A DNA stretch of 62,317 bases, counting the filler, from Hausera hauseri (taxonomy: Eukaryota): assembly GCA_046269625.1 (NCBI GenBank). It is 11 parts of 11 records of this genome, joined end to end, with 100 filler letters (N's around TTAATTAATTAA, not from the genome) between each part and the next. Parts side by side here need not be neighbours in the genome. Positions count along the whole stretch, not along the records: positions 49,503 to 54,490 come from JBJURY010369371.1; positions 54,591 to 62,317 come from JBJURY010906312.1; 9 more parts are not named here. The stretch is one strand, 5' to 3'. Each line of letters starts with the position of its first letter. Position 1 is the first letter of the stretch. Below are positions 49,633 to 62,317 of the stretch, piece after piece. The notes under the pieces were generated by a model. That model had not been told where the DNA came from. It did not search any database and saw only the letters and a program-made list of their open reading frames with translations. The position numbers were made by a program, and so were the translations under genes.

Positions 49633-50145
49633 ATTAATACGTCGTTTTCATTTTCTTCTCATTTCATCCTCGATACGTTTTACGAAGATAGATCTGACTA
49701 GTAATTCAATATAATCTCGCCTGCTCATTATTCTCGTTTCTGTGAGCTCACATAAAAACTGTACATCAAACATGTCCGGTCGGAATGTCATCGGTCAATC
49801 TCTGAATTTCACTTTCAATATACTCTTCCATTTGATTTAGAGTAGTAGTAATGTTGATAAACGTTTATAGCCGATTTAGGCGACGTCTGAAACTGCAGTA
49901 AGGGGAAAATTATGGTATATTGTAGTTAAATTTATTTATTTATAATTAATACGTTTTTATTTGTTTTTACTTTAATTTGTTTATCATTCAGAATTGTTCG
50001 CAATATCCGTTGTAGTGCGTTTCCCGTATACATGAAGGCGGACAATTCCACAAAGAAATAGCCAAATATTATTCAGTGGCCAAGGACACGTACCTGTGTC
50101 CCGTGTTTTATTTAAAACACATGTCCGTACGCCGACTTTTATGAG

Positions 50146-50400
50146 ATGCACAAGCATATTCTTGGTCCGTTCAGGAGATCCAAGAAGATGATGCATGTGC
50201 ATTGCTCCACATACCCACGTTACTGTACGTGTAAGGTGCATGACGTTGATGGTTGCCATAGTGCAATGGAGCAGTACTATGGTGCTATAATGGTGCACCG
50301 TAAACAGGCCTATGCATGTTCCGGTTGTTCTATAGTTGAGACGCAAGTCAACTATGAACAATTCTACAACAACCGCAAGGACCTCTTGAATCAGTTTTAG
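50146..50400 (+). CDS. Small Cys/His-rich ORF upstream of pPolB
   Basis: HCSTYPRYCTCKVH..CSGC; position within the Polinton. Confidence 0.4.
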   Translation: MHKHILGPFRRSKKMMHVHCSTYPRYCTCKVHDVDGCHSAMEQYYGAIMVHRKQAYACSGCSIVETQVNYEQFYNNRKDLLNQF

Positions 50401-50611
50401 GGGTCCAAAAGGAAATATTAATGGACGCAGCAAGAAGCAGCAGCAAACGTCAAACATCAGCAAGCCTTGACGAATACTTTCAAAACAACGGAAGTCAGCA
50501 GCAGCAGCAGGAGGAACGTGAACCGCCCATGACTGTCAAGTACGACCTGAACAGATCGTACGTGGACATGAAGGTGGACATGTCGGCGAAAACAGCAAGT
50601 CAAATTGAAGG

Positions 50612-53600
50612 ATGTACCCGCTAATGTGCGTAACCGGTTGGAATCAGAGGTGGCCAAATTCCAATAACACCACCACCACTTCAGTGCAATATTATGAATT
50701 TGCAGAATTTGAAAATCTGCAGGGTGACAGGAAACAATGGTACCTGTCACATCGAGCCGTACCATACTCTGAGGATTTTATTGCCTATGTAGGCGAAAAG
50801 CTTGACGAAAAAATTGCCAACTACACAGAAAAGGGCAGTGGTTGGCGAATTGTAAAGATTGTCACTCTCGGCTTTATTCTGACTTATTCGGTCGTTTATT
50901 CATACCGACACCTGCATCATTGAAGCAGTCTCTGGCGGTAGTGAATGTACAAAATACTAACGACGAATACTACTTTATTTACAGCATTCTGGCCATATTG
51001 AAATATGATCAAGTGTCCAGGCATCATGCAAATTGTCCAAAGCAGCACAGTATTTCTCAGAATTGGACTACAATGGGTGTTGGATGCCGATGAAACTCAA
51101 AACCATTTCGGCTTTTGAACGGCGTAATCTAACACTGACAATCAACGTGTTCCGGTTCAACACAGTCGTAGAGGATTCTTGAGGAAATTTACAAGAATCC
51201 TAACGTGGACATAATATACCGCAGTCGAAATCCAATTGGAAGCCCAGTAAATTTGTTGGTGTTGGAGAATGAAGAAAAATTTCATTACACAGCCGTGACC
51301 AATTTTGACAGATTGTTGAACATGGAGCATGAGCAGTTCATTAAAAAGCATATATGGTGCAAATGGTGTCCCGTGTGTCTGCATGGATTCCGGTCAAATG
51401 AGACATGGGAAAAGCATGTGGCGCTGTGTAGGCAAACCTCGTCAGGAACCACAATGTATGTTATGCCAGTCAAAAAGGACTTGAGATTCAGTGACTAGTC
51501 AAAAACGGACAGTCCGTCATATGTGGTGTATGCCGATATCGAAGCAATTCTACCACGGCACAATGTATGCGATCAAAAGCACGTTCCGATTTCCGTCGGT
51601 ATGTTGCTAGTACCAATAACAGCCGCCGGACAACCGCAGTATTACGTTTTTCATGGTTTGAACTGTGTACGTGATTTCCTGCAGCAGTTCGAAACTATAG
51701 TGGAAACGGAAATCGCGCCGTAGTATTGCAGCAATTGCAATAATCCATTGATTTGGGCAGACGAATATCAACCGTTGCTTTTTGCTGTCACCGATGAATG
51801 CTATTTGTGCCACAAAATAATCCCATTTTATGCGCAGGAACGGCTCGTACCGGATCACGACCATTTCACCGGTTGATACTTGGGCGCAGCATGCAATGTA
51901 ACAAGGCGAGTGCGACCATTCCTGCCGGTGATCTTTCATAATTTCCGAGGTTATGACTGTTACCATATTTTCAAATGGGCCATTCCACACTGGGAACTCT
52001 CCATAATTCCAACTACAATGGAGAAATACCTGTCACTATCTGCTCGTATTACCCACTTCCAGGTACGATTTCTTGATTTCTTGCAATTTCTCAATGAATC
52101 TCTGGCAAAACTGGTAAATGCCTTGCCAGATGTGCTGCTAACATTGACTCAGTTCTCCACACATATTGCAAATAGCAAAGGCACATTCCCATATGACTGC
52201 GATATCGTACGAGCAGCTTCAGACGACAGACGAATTACCACCGCAATGGCCCGGTATTACAGAAGAAGAATATCACAAAGCACAATCGTTTTGAGCAGAG
52301 CTCGGCTTCAGAAACCTGTTGGAGTACATGCTTCAGTATCTGAAATGGGACGTGTACCTATTAGCCGATGTGTTTCAGACATTTCGAGTTAAAGCGTTGG
52401 CAGAAGATAGGTTGGAGCCACTTAATTTTTACTCAATACCCGGAATGAGTTTTGCATCAGCTTTGATGTCACTGAATCGGGATATTGAGCTATTGCAAGA
52501 CCCGGAAATGTACCGAATGTTTGATGTTGGTATTCGTGGCGGCATGACATTTGTCAACAAGCATCAGGTCAGTGCTATCGTTACCACATCACTGATGTAT
52601 ATTAATATTAATAACCTGCACGGCTGGGCACTTTCGCAATCCTTGCCGTACGGTTCATTTGAAGGGGTTGTCAACAGACAAGATCTGGACGACATAATGG
52701 TCAACCTACCATGAGCAGACATAGCAGGCTCAGTCGGACAATTTTCCCGTCGCACCATTTAACCAGTGTCCAGCAAGCTCAAAAAGGAAGAAACTGCTCA
52801 TGACGCATGAACTGAAGCTGAATAACATGGTCCATTGGCGTCTGCTACAGTTCTACGTGCAGCTCTGTGTTCGCGTTGCACAGCTGCATCGTGCAATCCG
52901 ATTTTCTTAGGCTCCAATATTAAAGGCATACATAGATGGAAATTAGAAAAAACGGGCCGCAGCTTGTACAAAGTTCGAAAAGACTATTACAAACTGAAAA
53001 ACAATTCTCTGTACGGAGAAGCAGTGGAGAATCTGAAAAAGCGGTTCAATGTACGCCAAAACAATAGCGAAAAGCGCTTGGTCACGTACAAGAGCAAGGC
53101 ACAGTTCAGGAGGTCAATGCACATTGCCGATGGATTGGTTGCGGTGCTTTTAAACAGGAAAGATGTCGTTCTGTACCTGCCAAGTTACATCGAACAAGTG
53201 GTATTGGACCTGAGCAAGTTGCGAATGTGTGAATTTCGGTATGTACTAGCTGCAGTATCACAACTTGGCACGATACCGGCGAATGTTTGACGGCTGTGAC
53301 ATTAGTATAATTGCCGGAGACACAGATAGTTTTTCCTTGCGGCTGAAAAAAGTCAATGGCGAACAGCTACTGCAGCAAATTCAATCAGATAGATTACTGG
53401 ATACGTTTAACTACCCACCGGATCATCCGTTGTACAGCAGCGCTATCCTCAATAAAATCGTCTGCATAAAAGATAAAAGTGAAGGTCGTATCTGGTATCG
53501 GGAATGGATATTCCTACGCCCAAAGTGCTGCAGTATTCTGACAGACTGTGGACCGAAAATTCGGGCAAATGGAGTCCAGCTGAGACAGATTGAAATCAGC

Positions 53601-53651
53601 CAGGGTGATGATCGCCGTATACATAAAGCGAAAGTGGGTAGGGCGAAATAA
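50612..53651 (+). pseudogene. polB: Protein-primed DNA polymerase B (second Polinton), degenerate
   Basis: KGSGW, VVNVQN, HYTAVTNFDRLL, VYADIE, DHDHFTG..GAACN, FHNFRGYD, FLDF, GIRGG, KLKNNSLYG, GDTDS, LRPK. Confidence 0.92.
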
Positions 53652-53996
53652 GAGTTGGGTATATGTTCATTAGAGGTTGAAATAAAACACGTTCGGTGGT
53701 GTCAGATCAGATAAGATCAGATACAAGTAATTCAATCTGGTCGGGATATTGTGACAATTACTGACAATGATTACCTTTTGTACATTGTTTTATTTCAATG
53801 TTAATAATATACTTTGTTCAGTGTCTTTTGTGTTTTGTTTTCGGTTACTTACTTAACCTATTATTATTAAGTAAAATTGAAGTAAAAGTAAAACAATAAC
53901 CTTGTACGAGAAAACAAAATATGTAACATGAATACATTTATTTATTGATCGGAGAAAAACTAAAATTACAAAAACACAAAAAGTAAGTTAGTTAAA

Positions 53997-54266
53997 TCAT
54001 AGTAAACTTCCCATTTTCCATATTAGGTATTTGACGCCGCTCCTTTCGTTGTATCCTTTGAGCTTCAGTCTCAGGTAGCCTTTAGCTCTTTCCGGTGACA
54101 AAACTGCTGCTGCTTCTGCGCTATGTGAACTGACAATTTTTTCCATATTTCCATTAAGAAAAATCGTCGATGTATCTCGGATATCGTTACTCAGCGCCAA
54201 ATCACTGTCAACTTTTCTAATTGTGTCTTCCATTGTATCCAAATCATCATCGCGGATCTTTTTCAC
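53997..54266 (-). CDS. Unknown ORF convergent on pPolB, probably Polinton accessory
   Basis: Position and open frame only. Confidence 0.3.
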   Translation of the reverse strand: MKKIRDDDLDTMEDTIRKVDSDLALSNDIRDTSTIFLNGNMEKIVSSHSAEAAAVLSPERAKGYLRLKLKGYNERSGVKYLIWKMGSLL

Positions 54267-54590
54267 AATAGACCATATTTCACCGGTTTGATTTTGACCC
54301 TTTGCGTCAATGGCAATTGAATAGCGTTGCGCAGATAATGTATGTTGTATCCATTATACAATCGGGAATTCCTGAGCTAATATTAGCTGTACCGTGGCTT
54401 TTTGAGAAACTGTCACCTGCTGAATTGTTTTCCAAAGACATTTTTTAAATAAGACAAACGTAAAATTAAATTGCATTTATATTTATATCANNNNNNNNNN
54501 NNNNNNNNNNNNNNNNNNNNNNNNNNNNNNNNNNTTAATTAATTAANNNNNNNNNNNNNNNNNNNNNNNNNNNNNNNNNNNNNNNNNNNN

Positions 54591-55341
54591 GTAATATCAC
54601 CGAATTGAGTTGTATCTATTTTACCATTACTTGATTTTAAGTAATCCCATAAGTTACTGGATAGATGTGTTTGTTTCCAATAATCATATGACGGTTTATA
54701 CTCAAAAGCGAAAATGTAAGGTTCATTTGCTAGAACCTCAGTTACACCTGTTTGGAAATTTAAGTGGTCATAATATTTTTCAATTGTAGCAATGTTATTT
54801 TTGTGATCTTTTACAATGTCTAATTTTCTAGTTGGTACCATTAGTGGTGTAGATAGTGTCGTAGATGTTCCTGATGTTGTCCAACCATTAATATATGCAT
54901 CATCTTTCAATAATCCATTCCGATAAGCTAGCAAACCTGTTTTACCAGTTATATCGATATTTGGTCTATTTTCGAAATTGTTAAATATTTTTTATCAACG
55001 AAAAATTGTAAGCGACATTCAGGGTTTATACCTTTGTAGTCCACTGTACCTGTTTGATATATGGGTAGAGCATTCATAAATTTAACTGAACATTTGAGAG
55101 GTTTCCAATATTCATAATAAGCCATAAAGTCATTGAATTCTTTTGTCCAAATGTATGGTTGGAAATATGCTAATTTGAATTCAGCCCACTCTGTACTGTC
55201 GGGATAATAGGCAATACTGAATGTCATATTTATTGGGAAAGATATCTGTATTTCGTTAGCCATATTCATATGGTATCTGAGACGATCCTCCAGTTTACCA
55301 CCTTCCACTACACTTGGATTGATAGAATCAACTTCAGTCAT
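54591..55341 (-). pseudogene. Endogenous ssDNA virus (parvo/densovirus- or CRESS-like) capsid fragment
   Basis: FNDFMAYYEYWKPLKCSVKFMNALPIYQ, ..LQFFVD..Y jelly-roll-like strands; frame break at ~54940. Confidence 0.55.
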
Positions 55342-56044
55342 GTTTAATGAATTTACGTCTTTTTTTACGTTTATATATTCTATGTAAGCGACTCAAATGC
55401 ATAAGTTTTTGAGTTCAATTGGTTGGTAATTTTGTTGGGATGTCAGAATGTATGGATGTTGTTGAATTGTTGTTATCTATGCCAGTGTCAATTGTAGATG
55501 TTTCATTCGCCCCAGGTTTAGGTGGATTCGAACCTGGTATCAGTGACAGACTTAGTCCAGTAGCAGCACCCGCCGACGCTCCCATCCCCAGCGGAGCCCT
55601 CAAAGCTTCCCTCATTGACGCTTCGTCAAAAATCCCAAAGGACTATATACGGAGAACTTGTCACAGCATCCGGACCCGAATTGAAAAAGAAGGCACACTT
55701 GTCGAGTGAAATGGTAAATAAAACTGTTGTCATTATTTTTGCTCGTTAATCTTTAAAAATAAATTTCCGTAACCTTCGTAATCAAAGGTTTTTCTTGATT
55801 CAGTACAGTAGCATTTTTGTTGGTGCACCCGGTAAACGTAAATAAATTTACTTGACACCGAATTTCAACTGAACTACTTTCCAAGAATATCTACGTGTCA
55901 GTATGCGCATATGAAACGATTAGTTTAAATCAAAAATTAGATTGGTTTCAAAAAACCTTCACCCCAAATAAAACTATACGTAAGTTACTAAGTAAAGTAA
56001 CTTAAGCTCATTATGATAATTTCTACTACACTCCTTACAAAGTA

Positions 56045-56542
56045 GATTTATTCTTATTTCGAGCCTTGCCATTTCTCGTTATGCTAACATCGACCTGTAT
56101 TATCATCATTAAACTCCGTTGTCGACAACATGATCTCACGAGTCGATTGCGAAAGTCCCATTCGAATAGTGCATCAGTGAAGGAGTTTCGAATGTTTGTT
56201 ATTCTGATTTCCATGAATATTCTGACATTGGTTACAAATCCGCTGTTCGGATTGTTTGAGATAATCGATGGAGTTGGCTCAGAGGGTCATGAATACGGAT
56301 TAGTCACTGGTGATGTGTGTTTATCTGATTTACTGCGTCTGATGTTCAACTGTTTCATCTACTTTAATAATCAAACTAATTGGATATTTTATATCGGAAT
56401 TGGGGCAAAATTTCGAAAATACGCCATGCTCATTATGAAGCATCTGTTTTCCAAACGAACGTCTCATGATCTTTCATCCATGCGTTTTACCGCTCGAGCA
56501 CCGGACAGTTTGACGTATGAAGTTGCAAATTCGTTCAAATAA
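56045..56542 (+). CDS. Rhodopsin-family GPCR terminal exon (TM5-TM7 and tail)
   Basis: LPFLVML..IIIIKL, TM6 ..LVTNPL, TM7 NNQTNWIFYIGIGAKFRK. Confidence 0.75.
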   Translation, partial: DLFLFRALPFLVMLTSTCIIIIKLRCRQHDLTSRLRKSHSNSASVKEFRMFVILISMNILTLVTNPLFGLFEIIDGVGSEGHEYGLVTGDVCLSDLLRLMFNCFIYFNNQTNWIFYIGIGAKFRKYAMLIMKHLFSKRTSHDLSSMRFTARAPDSLTYEVANSFK

Positions 56543-56813
56543 TCGCCATGAGTATATTCCACGTTTGTGAAGGGGTAATCGATATTCAGACAGACATTGT
56601 TTTATGATCCAGTTCCTTGGAGTTTGTTTGGTTTGACTTGGCTTTGCTTGTAAATATAGATAGCTTACTTTCATTGCGTCGATATTGGACATAATCAATG
56701 ATCAATTTTTATACTATACTATCAGTACTACATCATACGTACGTTACAAAATAATTAAATTAACGAAGTAATTAATTCGTTATTATTTTACAGCTGAACT
56801 ACTAAAAAACTAA

Positions 56814-58760
56814 TTAACCCTTAACGTGGCAAAGTGACTTACATATGCACGAAAATTTTTTAACACATTTTTTCTGTTGAACACATTAAAATAAAAATAT
56901 CTGTGATGCAATTTTTTGTATCCATTTGGATACATTGCTTGAATTCGGAATAATAACAAAACAGTAATCATAAATTTCAAAATAGTCTACACAACTAGTC
57001 AACATTTGTACGACATACAGATGCAGTCCTATGCTATTTGTCCACCATTTTCTATAGTGGTAATTAACAAAGCAGTTACGACTTTGTGCAATGCACAACC
57101 GTACTCCACATTTCGAGTACTTCATTCTGGTTTGTCCTTTCGTACAATTTCGGCATTAACTCTTCACAGTCTTTACAGTGTCATGACCCACACCATCAAA
57201 TTTTGTTGCATCTCCCACTGGCGCTTTGAAAACCGTCTTTTTTAAAACAGGCGCAGTTGCGAGACTAGGTCGTCCACGCTAACCAACTTTGGTTGCATTA
57301 ATGAAGGTACATGTGATTTCTAACCTAAAGTTTTTCAAAGACAACTTATGATGGATGTTGTTACCACCTTTTTCGTTTTCAAATAAGCCAGCATAATCTC
57401 TCTTGTACAGTAGCCAGGCACTGACTATACTAATGTCCAACAACTGAACAAAAATCCCAAGATGCCACCTTTTGGACTTTATTGCAGTTTGATATAGCGC
57501 AATAAGCATATTCGACAAATCGACTCCACCCATGTGTTTGTTTTATTGTGTTACAATCGCCAGACATGATACATCTACTTTGCTTTTGGTTTCCTTACTG
57601 TAACGATTCATTATCCTAACATGTTGCACTGCAACAAATCAGCTGGAGAGAGTTACAGTTTTAGTGTCAACCCATCGTACAACTGCTAAAGAATTTCGAT
57701 TGTCTACAGCACAATGAAAAGTTCCTCGTCCACGTTTTTTAATTGGGACAGTTGCGAATTCTATTACTGTGCAAAGTACCCAAACTGTCAATATGCGCTG
57801 CTTCCTTCAGATGACAAATAAGGTCAAATGAACAGAAAAAGTTGTCAAAAAACGCCACTGAAGCTTTAGGATTTAGAATTGATTGGCATAATGCCACTAC
57901 AATCTTTCCACCCACTCCGAGATTGGCTGCTGCTGGGCTGAAATGTTTTTCCAGTATACATTAACATATACACAATCCCTGAAGCACCAGAACGCACAAA
58001 CATTTTGGAATGCCACTTCACTTGTTTGCTAGGAATATACTGCCGCAAAGCACCAGATTTTTTCCCTTTGTATGGTATCATCATCTCATCAACTGACATG
58101 ATGGCTTCATTTTCAATGATATTGCACTGAGCTTTGATGCTTTCAAGCAGAGTGTGTATTTTTACAAATAAATTATCAGATGTGTCAGTATTGTCCCTAA
58201 AATGGATGTACCTCTTTATCTTCTGAAAATGTTTCAGTGACATAGCATCCGCTATGCGATCATACCGACAATGTTTCAATAGTCTGTCACAGATGACATG
58301 GCAACAATCCCCATCATCAACTATATACCCACAAACACTTATTTCTACCTCAGACACGTTTATGCAGCTTCCTGAACCTTGAGTTAAATACAAGTTTGTA
58401 TGCTGAGTAATTTCGCTAATCATAAAAATAAATAAATAATTTCAGAAAGTAGTCTGATTGTGATGATAGTTCATCTGCTTGAATAAAAGTGACATCATCG
58501 TGCACTGTTTGCTTGGTCAAAACCTACCATATGTCCACCTGTAAGTGCTTCGTCTACTGCATGAGTCATCATATGATGGTGTTCAGCACTCAGGAATGGA
58601 ATAAGCATCTGTTTCATCGGAGGAAATATCATCATTATTTCTAATAACTTCTTCATCTTCCCTAGACGAACCGACATCAGACACCTGGTGCACCTTGATA
58701 TCGACCGTAAAATTATGAAACAGAAAACCAATGTGACAAAAGTTAGACATGACATCAAAA
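56814..58760 (-). mobile_element. piggyBac-family transposon, degenerate transposase
   Basis: MSLKHFQKIKRYIHF, SVDEMMIPYKG..LRQYIPSK, FFDNFF, MGGVD, C-terminal Cys-rich C..C.V.LC...CF..YH; TTAA-CCCT terminus at 56814. Confidence 0.9.
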
Positions 58761-59699
58761 TATACTAACCATCATCCTTCATTTAGAATGTAAAATAAAG
58801 CTGAAAGTATAGACATAACTTATGCATTTACAAACATGCAAAATGTATGTACAAAATCAAAAAATTAATCATCTAAAAGATATGTGAGCAGGCAATTGCA
58901 GACACTGGACAGGATAGCCACGACTATAACAGAAAATTAATACCGATTCCATTGCCTGAACTGCCAAAGTATATAATTGGATCACGACACTTTGTACGCA
59001 AATCACTAGTAAATCGCGCTAATGCAATCACCTAAACTGAATATCATATGTTTGTTCTACATCTAAATATTTCAAAACATGTATTTGATTCACAAAAACT
59101 GCCTTAAAAGGTTCACAAACATTTACAAAACATTGCCTATTTTGACGGATTTACATAAACTCTGAACCCTGCAAGAACTTTAACACTTAGTTCGCGTTCA
59201 GTTTTGTTTTGCGTGTAAATACAGATAGTAAACAAGCAAAGGAACGTAAGCTTAAGTATCCAAGAGAATACATAACTATGTTGAGTCACGCAGTTGTGTT
59301 GGGCGCAATGGAAAAGTAGGTATCCATTTGGATTCCAGGTAGAGTTAAAGGTTAATGAATACTGTCTATGGATAATTGAATTGAAACTGTTCACAATTAT
59401 AACAAAATCCATGACCTTGCGTTTTTGTACAATTATAATGTAAGGTCGGGTAAAGTTGGCAGTGTTAAATAAACCCTCCACAACTCCGTTGAATTTAATG
59501 ACTTGATAATTTCGGCCATTTACAAGATGTTTATAAAGAACTTGGCGGGTTTCACACTTTGCTCTATTTATAATTTAAGTATTGGATAAATCGGACTGTT
59601 TCAAAAAATAATGCAACGAAATAAAAAATCACTGTGCTAAATTGATAGACGCCGATTGTTTCTTATTCCCGAAAATCACATCCGGTTTTGTGCAATTGT

Positions 59700-60130
59700 T
59701 TTCGAAACTTTATGAAATTTATTTAATTTATTGGACTGCATTGAACGTAACGAGAGATGAAATAAGCCAATTGATTTCGAAGCAACTGAAAGCGATTATG
59801 AATAAAAACTGTTTTAGAAGCAGCAATTGGCTAATGGAGAATAGACCCCCATGAATTTCATTGTTTTCTGGATTCGGCGATTTCGATAATTTCAAATGCG
59901 AAATATTTTCTGGGATTAATTTGATCTTGTTGTTCAATAAATTTAACATCAATTATAATTGTTCTAATTCGGGCAAATTGGGAACGATTTTTAATTTAAT
60001 GTGATCCAGTAGCAGTTCGTGCAGAACCATTTGTAATCCGGTTAAAGACTTCATCTCTTCAGTTTAATTGTTTTGTAAGTTGAATGTCATTAGCTTTAGA
60101 AAAATGGAAGACGTATTCGGCATTATTTTG
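59700..60130 (-). pseudogene. Leucine-rich repeat protein fragment
   Basis: LHELLLDHIKLKIVP..LMLNLLNNKIKLIPENISHL; in-frame stops. Confidence 0.6.
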
Positions 60131-60959
60131 ATTTCATTTTGAGATGGATCCAAATGAACCAGGTTTTGGAATGAATGAACGAATAGCTCTTATTAAAGCA
60201 GAGATCCTCCGAGGAGAGAAAACGAGCCCCGGAAGGCGGTGCAACCGAACTGAAACTACGGCGCCTAATTGCTTCCGGCCGAAAAACTCCAGGGTGCCGC
60301 AGCACAAAAAAGACACCACAATAATAGTATAATAATAACATTGTTGTGGCCGCGTGCGGTTCCCGATTTTTCTTCACAGAGCATTTGAATTGTTAAATCA
60401 AACATTTTAATTAAGAGTTCGTGCAAGCAGAAAAATAGTATTTTACGAATCGGCCGGATTCGCTGGACCAATTGGCGATTTTTAATTTAGCGTTTTTTTG
60501 TTTAAAACGTTAAATTGAAATTGGACTGAGAATTTTGAAAGAAAATTAAAATTTGTTTAATAATTTATAAACTTTATATACATGTCTTTTTGAGGACAAT
60601 AATGTTGCAGAAATTGTTTTATGCAACGTTCTAATATTTCGATTTTATTAAGATCTTCGTCAGAGAACATCGGTCGGGCAATTATTTCAACACGAACTAA
60701 ACAAGGTCTACTCATCTTTTTGAATCTCGCACACAATATGTTGCACTATAAGTAAATGTAGATACCCAACTATCAATAGAAAGGTAATCTCACAAATGAA
60801 GACGTTTTTGACAAAATCATTTGTTTAACCAATTTCTATTGAATGTTGTTTTTGATAAAGCCTTGTCCAAGCTGATGACATTGCAGGCAATAAAAAATAA
60901 CAATAGGATTCTTTTGGAACAACATATTAAGTTATAAACTTATGGGCAATGTATTAGAC

Positions 60960-61590
60960 CAATTTCCATCACCGGCAGACTTGAATATGGGGAAAATTTA
61001 ACCGTTTGAAAATTTCCCATTGATTTTTCCCCATATTTCCATAGTCTGACCAAGTTGCAACCGTATCCATTGCAATCGCCAATATCGATTTACCCCTTGT
61101 ACACATTTGCCGAGAGCTAGCATTATGTTTCGCGTTATACGTGGAGCATTTCCTGTTTTGCTTCTTCCTCTTCTAGCGCCTTTCACTTACATTTCTGTAA
61201 GCCGCACCTCGGTTAACTTTTGCTCACCTCATCACGCGCTATCGACATCACCTGGTCCGGACCTCTTTGCTCGACCTTATTTTCTAGGGGGGGGGGAGTT
61301 GTGAGAAAATTTTAGTGAAATGTTCAGAATAGCCAATCATGGGGGAGGGGGACTGGTCAGCGGACCAATCAGAAAAGTGCGATGGAGAGCTCACTTCTAC
61401 CTACCCTAACAATATGTTTGCTGCAAAAAGTTTGTTCGTCATAGTAGCATTCGTTTTCTATGTCAATGTTACTTCATCGCCATTTATTTACAATCCGTGC
61501 AATTTGCCCCGTACTGTAAATCATTAAGATTAATCGGATTTACCTACAACGATAGGTGCAATAAATGTACGTGTCTACCTTCTGGAAACA
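60960..61590 (+). mobile_element. LTR element 3' end: internal remnant, PPT and LTR (~61299-61590)
   Basis: AGGGGGGGGGAG then TGTGAG; two CCAAT boxes, a G-rich box, AATAAA at ~61560, CA at ~61590. Confidence 0.55.
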
Positions 61591-62317
61591 GTGCTGTACG
61601 AGGAAATATTGTGAGCCTGCGATACCTGACCAATTCAAATTAGTCATCTTGAAATTTATTTCAAATATATGATGTTCATCAGAAAATTACTAAATGAAAA
61701 CTAATTTTGTTAAATGATTACATTTTTGTATACTTTAACGTCTATGTTAAAACCTCACTAAAACTCGGATACTCAGAGGGCACTGAATTTAACTCCTGCA
61801 GATATTAACTGATTTTCATTCAGTTCCTGATTTGTTCCGATTTTTGTCTCTATTTTAAATCTGTACAGTAACTGACCTCGAAATGCCTTAAAACTAAATC
61901 CTGTTTGTATCTCTCTGCAGAGTTCGACCGTTTTTTGGCAGAACGAGCGAAAGCAGCCGAGCGCCTGCCGTCTCTGCGAGCCTCCTCACAAGACCTCCAC
62001 TCCTCTGAGTCTTAATCTGATAAACCCGGTGAACTAACATGACTCACGGAGCGCCGGCACCCCTGGCTTTGATGTTGATGGACGGTCGAGCAGAACGTGT
62101 CCAAATCGCATCCTTTATTCGAGGAACCACCTTATACTTGTTTGTGTAATATGTACTAGAGAGGAAACATATTTATAGGTTTATTATCCGTAAGATGTCA
62201 GTCCGAGTTTCGAACCCAGCCAATCCATCGTTCACGACCTAAGTTAATGATAAGATCCATGTTTTTGTTTTTTTTTTTTCAAAATACATGTCAAAATACA
62301 AAAAGGTCATATAAAAG

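Noticed and set aside
59340-59356. Second piggyBac terminus (AAGGTTAA)
   Set aside because: Matches the other end for only about 8 bp; not sufficient

Overview
The window is about 11 unlinked contigs from an AT-rich animal (probably invertebrate) draft genome, joined by N-runs containing the six-frame stop spacer TTAATTAATTAA. It is dominated by decayed mobile DNA: CsRn1-like Gypsy LTR retrotransposons of two families, fragments of several Polinton/Maverick elements, a piggyBac, and an ssDNA-virus-like capsid fragment. Host sequence is limited to CSTF1 (with ~40-nt introns), an ATAT1 pseudo-exon, a GPCR exon and an LRR pseudogene. Two things stand out. (1) In all three family-A Gypsy copies with a visible 5' end, the position of the 5' LTR is filled by sense-oriented, mostly intronless foreign coding sequence: Rab8 + SARM1; Cullin-2 + DDX28 + CDC5L; and unassigned ORFs. 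One copy shows this cargo lying between a TG LTR start (4529) and the PBS-like site (~1005), implying a ~3.5-kb cargo-loaded LTR. (2) Both Gypsy families have a ~70-aa ubiquitin-like domain ending in RGG/KGG fused directly in front of Gag. All protein calls come from motif recognition by eye; no database searches were run.
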